From the NCBI RefSeq assembly GCF_000014785.1, contig NC_008340.1, forward strand, positions 720,001-752,000: DNA of 32,000 nucleotides, in the 5' to 3' direction. Shown piece after piece: positions 27,753-32,000 of this stretch; the stretch's first letter is position 1; each line of letters starts with the position of its first letter. The notes beneath the pieces are model-generated. The model did not search any database, was not told the origin of the DNA, and worked only from the letters and a program-made list of their open reading frames with translations. Position numbers and translations under genes: made by a program. Source of the DNA: Alkalilimnicola ehrlichii MLHE-1. GTDB lineage: Bacteria > Pseudomonadota > Gammaproteobacteria > Nitrococcales > Halorhodospiraceae.

Positions 27753-28685
27753 CTACGGGAGGGGGCTGGCCGGGGTCGGGGACCCGACCTGGGGCACGCG
27801 GGTGTCGTCCCAGTGCGCCAGCGCCCAGTCCAGGACTGTCTGCGGGGGGGCGTGGCGCAGTGCCGCCGGAGGGGATTGGCCGAGAAAGCGCGCCGCCCGC
27901 AGCAGGTTGCCGGTGGCATCGGCATCGTTCAGGGCCGGGGCGTGGGTCTGTTTGCTGAGTTTCTGGCCCTGGGCATTCACCACGATGGGCAGGTGTCGGT
28001 AGCGCGGAGTGGGCAGGTCCAGTGCCCGCTGGATCAGGATCTGCGGCGGGGTGCACCAGAGCAGGTCGGCGCCGCGGACGATGTCGGTGAACCCAAACTC
28101 ACCGTCGTCCACGGCGCAGGCCAGGTGGTAGGCCCAGAGGCCGTCGGCCCGGCGGATGATGAAATCGCCCACGGTCGCGGCCGGATCGCACTGGATCGGG
28201 CCCTGCAAGGCGTCCTCGAAGCGCAGCGGGGCGTGCCCGCAGCGCAGCCGCCAGGCGCGCGGCGTGCGGCCCGCCGGCAGCCCCCGGGCGCAGGTGCCGG
28301 GGTAGATGGGGCCATTGGGGCCGCGCCGGGCCACGGCCATGATCTCGCGCCGCGTGCAGCCGCAGGGGTAGGCCTGGCCGGCGGCGCGCAAGCGGGCCAG
28401 CGCGGCCTCGTAGGCGCTGCTGCGGCGGGACTGGAAGACCACCGGCCCGTCCCAACAGAGGGCGTGGGCCTCGAGGCTGCGGCGAATCGCATCGGCGGCA
28501 CCCGGCTGTTCCCGCGGTGGGTCCAGGTCGTCGATACGCAGATGCCACTCGCCGCCCTTGCGGTGGGCATGCACATAGCTGCCCAGCGCCGCCACCAGCG
28601 AGCCGAAGTGCAGCGGCCCGGTGGGGCTGGGCGCGAAGCGGGTTCGGCAGAGGCGTTCCGGGGCTTGGGTCACGTCGGCGTCCAT
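27753..28685 (-). CDS. gluQ: Glutamyl-Q tRNA(Asp) synthetase (truncated GluRS paralogue, YadB)
   Basis: 310 aa, about the size of the GluRS catalytic domain only. Motifs RFAPSPTGPLHFGSLVAAL (HIGH region), RIDDLDPPRE and KLSKQ. Confidence 0.9.
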   Translation of the reverse strand: MDADVTQAPERLCRTRFAPSPTGPLHFGSLVAALGSYVHAHRKGGEWHLRIDDLDPPREQPGAADAIRRSLEAHALCWDGPVVFQSRRSSAYEAALARLRAAGQAYPCGCTRREIMAVARRGPNGPIYPGTCARGLPAGRTPRAWRLRCGHAPLRFEDALQGPIQCDPAATVGDFIIRRADGLWAYHLACAVDDGEFGFTDIVRGADLLWCTPPQILIQRALDLPTPRYRHLPIVVNAQGQKLSKQTHAPALNDADATGNLLRAARFLGQSPPAALRHAPPQTVLDWALAHWDDTRVPQVGSPTPASPLP

Positions 28686-28861
28686 CGGCCAGGGGTTACG
28701 GGGTTGCCAGCGCTACCCTAGCGGATTTCCAGGCCCGACATAAACTGCAACGGGGACGGACCTTGAAAGGGGCGCCGTCGGGCCCCAAGTCTACTGTTAA
28801 AGGGCCAAGAACATTCTCAGGTGCCTTGTGGCCAAGGGGCCGCCAAGCAGGAGGTTACACT

Positions 28862-29299
28862 ATGTCCCGTTATTGGGTCGTCGCGGCGGACGCCAGCTAT
28901 GCCCGGATCTTCGCCCGGGATAAGAAATTCAGCCCACTGGTGGAGGTGGAGACCCTGGCCCACCCCGAGTCGCGGCTGCACCGCCAGGACTTGGCCAGTG
29001 ACAAGCCGGGCCGGCTGTTCGAGTCCTACGCCTCCAGCCGTAGCGAGGCGGAGGAGCCCACCGATCCCAAGGTGCGCGAGGCGCAGGCGTTTGCCCGGCA
29101 GGTGGCCGAGACCCTGGAGGTCGGGCGTAACCAGGGGAAGTTTCAGGAATTGATTATTGTGGCGGACCCGAAGTTCCTCGGATTGCTGCGTAAGGCCCTG
29201 GATGCTGAGACCCGGGGGAAGGTCGTCCACGCGGTGGACAAGAACCTCGCCCGGGAATCCGTGGAGGTCATCACTCACACCGTGGACGAGATGCTCTGA
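28862..29299 (+). CDS. Host-attachment-protein family protein (Host_attach-like), function unknown
   Basis: Track ORF 28517..29299. The ATG at 28862 follows AGGAGG (28849-28854) and gives MSRYWVVAADASYARIFARD...LIIVADPKFLGLLRKAL. This matches the W.(V/L)VAD...ARIF N-terminus and the central (I/L)V(L/A).P..LG.LR block I associate with the family. 145 aa. Confidence 0.65.
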   Translation: MSRYWVVAADASYARIFARDKKFSPLVEVETLAHPESRLHRQDLASDKPGRLFESYASSRSEAEEPTDPKVREAQAFARQVAETLEVGRNQGKFQELIIVADPKFLGLLRKALDAETRGKVVHAVDKNLARESVEVITHTVDEML

Positions 29300-29326
29300 G
29301 GCCCCCGGGGCGGGGCAGCGGGGGCC
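29300..29326. terminator. Hairpin GGCCCCCG - 11 nt - CGGGGGCC that exactly fills the 27-nt gap between two convergent stop codons
   Basis: Arms at 29300-29307 and 29319-29326. It is flanked by the TGA at 29297-29299 (+) and the TAA at 29327-29329 (-). There are no U-tracts, so the role is likely bidirectional attenuation or stabilisation. Confidence 0.45.
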
Positions 29327-29716
29327 TTAGGCCAGCTCCACCTTCGGCGCCGGTGCCCAGCCCGGTTTGCGGTGCTCCGCCACCACCGTGGTATAGATCC
29401 CCCCCCGCACGTAAAACTCGGCGGTGACCTTCATGTACCGGGGCTCGGTGGCCCGCACCAGGTCATCGAGGATCTCGTTGGTGATGGCCTCGTGGAAGGC
29501 GCCCTGGTCGCGGAACGACCACATGTAAAGCTTGAGCGACTTCAGCTCCACGCAGCGCTCGTCCGGCACATAATCCAGGTGGATAGTGGCGAAGTCCGGT
29601 TGCCCGGTCTTGGGACAAAGGCAGGTAAACTCCGGGATACGCATGTGCAGCACGAAATCCCGCTCCGGACGGGGGTTGGGAAAGGTCTCCAGGTCTTTGC
29701 TGGGCTGAGTGCTCAT
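29327..29716 (-). CDS. queF: NADPH-dependent 7-cyano-7-deazaguanine (preQ0) reductase, unimodular type I QueF
   Basis: Track ORF 29327..29893. The ATG at 29716 follows AGGAGG and gives a 129-aa protein, [15 protein letters not shown]. It has the catalytic Cys block [14 protein letters not shown] and the QueF motif [13 protein letters not shown]. Confidence 0.9.
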   Translation of the reverse strand: MSTQPSKDLETFPNPRPERDFVLHMRIPEFTCLCPKTGQPDFATIHLDYVPDERCVELKSLKLYMWSFRDQGAFHEAITNEILDDLVRATEPRYMKVTAEFYVRGGIYTTVVAEHRKPGWAPAPKVELA

Positions 29717-29901
29717 GGGGGCAAGGGCCTCCTGTTCAGACGGCAATCGCGGACTATAATGGGCCGCTATTGTACCGGCTCCGCGGCCGTGAGGCCGCCC
29801 CGGATGACCCGATTTGTACAGGCCCGGCCCGCCCGACGCCGGCTCTGCTGCATCTCTCAGGCACCCGACACGCCCCGGATCCCGATGGGCCAAAGCGCCA
29901 A

Positions 29902-32000
29902 ATGCGACTGAAGAAGATCAAGCTCTCCGGCTTCAAGTCCTTCGTCGACCCGACCCAGGTGGCCATGCCCGGCGACCTGGTGGCGGTGGTGGGACCTAAC
30001 GGCTGCGGCAAATCCAATATCATCGACGCGGTGCGCTGGGTGATGGGTGAGAGCTCCGCCCGCCACCTGCGCGGCCAGTCCATGGCCGACGTCATCTTCA
30101 ACGGATCGACCGCCCGCAAACCGGTCAGCCACGCCTCGGTGGAGCTGGTGTTCGACAACAGCGATGGCCGCCTGGGCGGGCAGTACGCCCAGTACGGCGA
30201 GATCGCCGTGCGCCGCCAGGTCAACCGCGAGGGGCAATCGCAGTATTTCCTCAACGGCACCCGCTGCCGGCGTAAGGACATCACCGACGTCTTTCTGGGC
30301 ACTGGGCTGGGGCCGCGCGGCTACACCATCATCGAGCAGGGCATGATCTCGCGGGTGATCGAGGCCCGGCCCGAGGAGCTGCGCGTCTATCTGGAGGAGG
30401 CCGCCGGCATCTCCATCTACAAGGAGCGCCGGCGGGAGACCGAGCGGCGTATCCGCGATACCCGCGAGAATCTGGAACGGCTGGAGGACGTGCGCGAGGA
30501 GGTGCGCCGCCAGTTGGAGAAGCTGCGCCGCCAGGCCGAGGTGGCCCGCCGCTACCGGGAGCTGAAACAGGCGGAGCGGGATACCCGGGCCGAATTGATC
30601 ACCCTGCGCCAGGCCAGCCTCAAGGCGCAGCTCGAGGAACAGGAGGCGGTGATCGCCGCCAAGGTCAATGCCCGCGAGTTCGCCCTGGCCACCCAGCGTC
30701 AGGCCGAGCGGGAGATCGAGGCCATCCGCGCCACCCAGGGCGAGGCCGGCGACCGGCTGAACGCCATTCAGGCCGACTATTACGGCGTGGGCAGCGAGAT
30801 CGCCCGCATCGAGCAGCAGATCAGCCACCGCCGCGAACTGCGCGACAAGCAGTTGCGGGAGCTGCGTGACAGCGAGGGGGAGGTGCAGGCGCTGGAGCGC
30901 GGTCTGGAGGAGGACCGGGAGAAGCTGGCGCTGCTGGAGGAGCGCCTGGAGGCCCTGCAGCCGGAGCAGGAGGAGCAGGCCCAGTCGGAGGCCTTCGCCC
31001 AGGAGGCGCTGGATGACGCCCGCGACCGGCTGGAGGCCTGGCGCGAGGCCCGCGAGGGCTTTCAGCGCGAGCGGGCCGAGGCCGAGCGTGCCGAGCAGGT
31101 GGAGAAGGTGCGGGTGGAGGGGCTGGAGCGCCGCGCCGACGAACTGGCGCGTCGCCTGGAGCGGTTGGAGGTCGAGTACGAGGCCGAGGACCTGTATGCC
31201 CTGGAACAGGCCATCGGCGACCTGGAGGCGGAGGAGACTGAGCTGGCCGAAGAACTGGCCGGGATGGACGAGGCCCAGGCCGATGTGGCCGAGCGACTGG
31301 AGAGCGACCGGGCCCAGGCGACCGAGCTGGCGGACAAGCTGGAGGCGCTGCGCGGCGAGCTGCATCAGCAGCGCGCCCGCCTCGCCTCGCTGGAGACCCT
31401 GCAGCAGTCGGCGCTGGGTGAGGACGGGGGGCCGCTGGAGGACTGGCTGAGTGCCCGGGAATGGCAGCAGCGCCCGCGCCTGGCCCAGCAGCTGGTTGTC
31501 ACCCCCGGCTGGGAGCGCGCGGTGGAGACCGTGTTGGCCGAGGGGCTGCAGGCGGTGTGCGTGCGCCCCGAGGAGCTGGAGGGCGCCGCCCGGGAGTTGC
31601 CGGAGCAGGGCGATCTCACCCTGGTCAGTGCCGGCGCGGTCGCTTCAGGCGGTGCTGGCGGCGGCGACTGGCTCGCCGACCAGGTGCGGGACGACGGCCG
31701 CACCGCCGCGCTGTTGGCCGGGATCCGCTGTGCCGATGACCTGCCCACCGCCCTGGCACGCCGTGGCGAACTGGCCGCGGGTGAATCCTTCATTACCCCG
31801 GACGGTGTCTGGCTGGGCGCCAACTGGCTCCGCCTGCGAGCCGGCGACGACGCCGAGCGGGGGGTGATCGCCCGTGAGCGGGAGATCCACCAGCTCCGCG
31901 ACCGGGTGGCCGAGGGCGAGGCGCGGCTGGTGGAACGGGAGGAGGCGCAGGACCGCTTGCGGCAGGCCGTCCGCAGCCTGGAGGAGGAGCGCGAGGCGCT
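29902..32000 (+). CDS. smc: Chromosome partition protein SMC, N-terminal ~700 aa; continues past the right edge of the window
   Basis: Absent from the track because there is no stop in the window. My own translation from the ATG at 29902 reads [69 protein letters not shown] (Walker A head), followed by long E/R/L/A-rich coiled coil. Confidence 0.92.
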   Translation, partial: MRLKKIKLSGFKSFVDPTQVAMPGDLVAVVGPNGCGKSNIIDAVRWVMGESSARHLRGQSMADVIFNGSTARKPVSHASVELVFDNSDGRLGGQYAQYGEIAVRRQVNREGQSQYFLNGTRCRRKDITDVFLGTGLGPRGYTIIEQGMISRVIEARPEELRVYLEEAAGISIYKERRRETERRIRDTRENLERLEDVREEVRRQLEKLRRQAEVARRYRELKQAERDTRAELITLRQASLKAQLEEQEAVIAAKVNAREFALATQRQAEREIEAIRATQGEAGDRLNAIQADYYGVGSEIARIEQQISHRRELRDKQLRELRDSEGEVQALERGLEEDREKLALLEERLEALQPEQEEQAQSEAFAQEALDDARDRLEAWREAREGFQRERAEAERAEQVEKVRVEGLERRADELARRLERLEVEYEAEDLYALEQAIGDLEAEETELAEELAGMDEAQADVAERLESDRAQATELADKLEALRGELHQQRARLASLETLQQSALGEDGGPLEDWLSAREWQQRPRLAQQLVVTPGWERAVETVLAEGLQAVCVRPEELEGAARELPEQGDLTLVSAGAVASGGAGGGDWLADQVRDDGRTAALLAGIRCADDLPTALARRGELAAGESFITPDGVWLGANWLRLRAGDDAERGVIAREREIHQLRDRVAEGEARLVEREEAQDRLRQAVRSLEEEREA

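Noticed and set aside
29717-29901. preQ1 riboswitch upstream of queF.
   Set aside because: I could find no sequence resembling the compact preQ1-I/II consensus or its pseudoknot. The region looks like an ordinary divergent promoter region (TACAAT and TATAGT boxes) shared with smc.

Overview
High-GC (about 65%) proteobacterial chromosomal segment. Gene content looks gammaproteobacterial, but the taxon is only a guess. I see no rRNA, tRNA, CRISPR array, transposase, integrase or prophage genes. About 24 protein-coding genes are supportable. In order: (1) a K+/H+ antiporter fragment, divergent from a tight four-gene operon of PII-like / internally duplicated DUF1538 membrane protein / PII-like / CBS-pair, followed by a SAM methyltransferase. 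(2) A roughly 720-bp tandem array of a 92-94-bp multi-hairpin unit in a convergent intergenic gap. (3) A lone DegT-family aminotransferase bracketed by two related palindromes, then an NAD-type isocitrate dehydrogenase. (4) A long minus-strand signalling operon: cNMP-CBS-DUF294 nucleotidyltransferase, stand-alone REC, a membrane sensor made of a pseudo-histidine-kinase fused to a DEDDh exonuclease, a small membrane ORF, an SLC5-STAC histidine kinase, and a PAS-GAF-PAS-GGDEF(degenerate)-EAL protein. (5) A divergent sodium:solute symporter with a good sigma54 promoter, a TPR protein, and acetyl-CoA synthetase. (6) A CbrX/CbrA/CbrB-like module (small ORF, second SLC5-STAC kinase, NtrC-family regulator). 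(7) gluQ, a host-attachment-family protein, queF, and the 5' part of smc. The two most interesting candidates for undescribed biology are the sensor pseudokinase-exonuclease with its operon and the PII/DUF1538/PII/CBS membrane module. All family calls come from motif recognition by eye. No searches were run.
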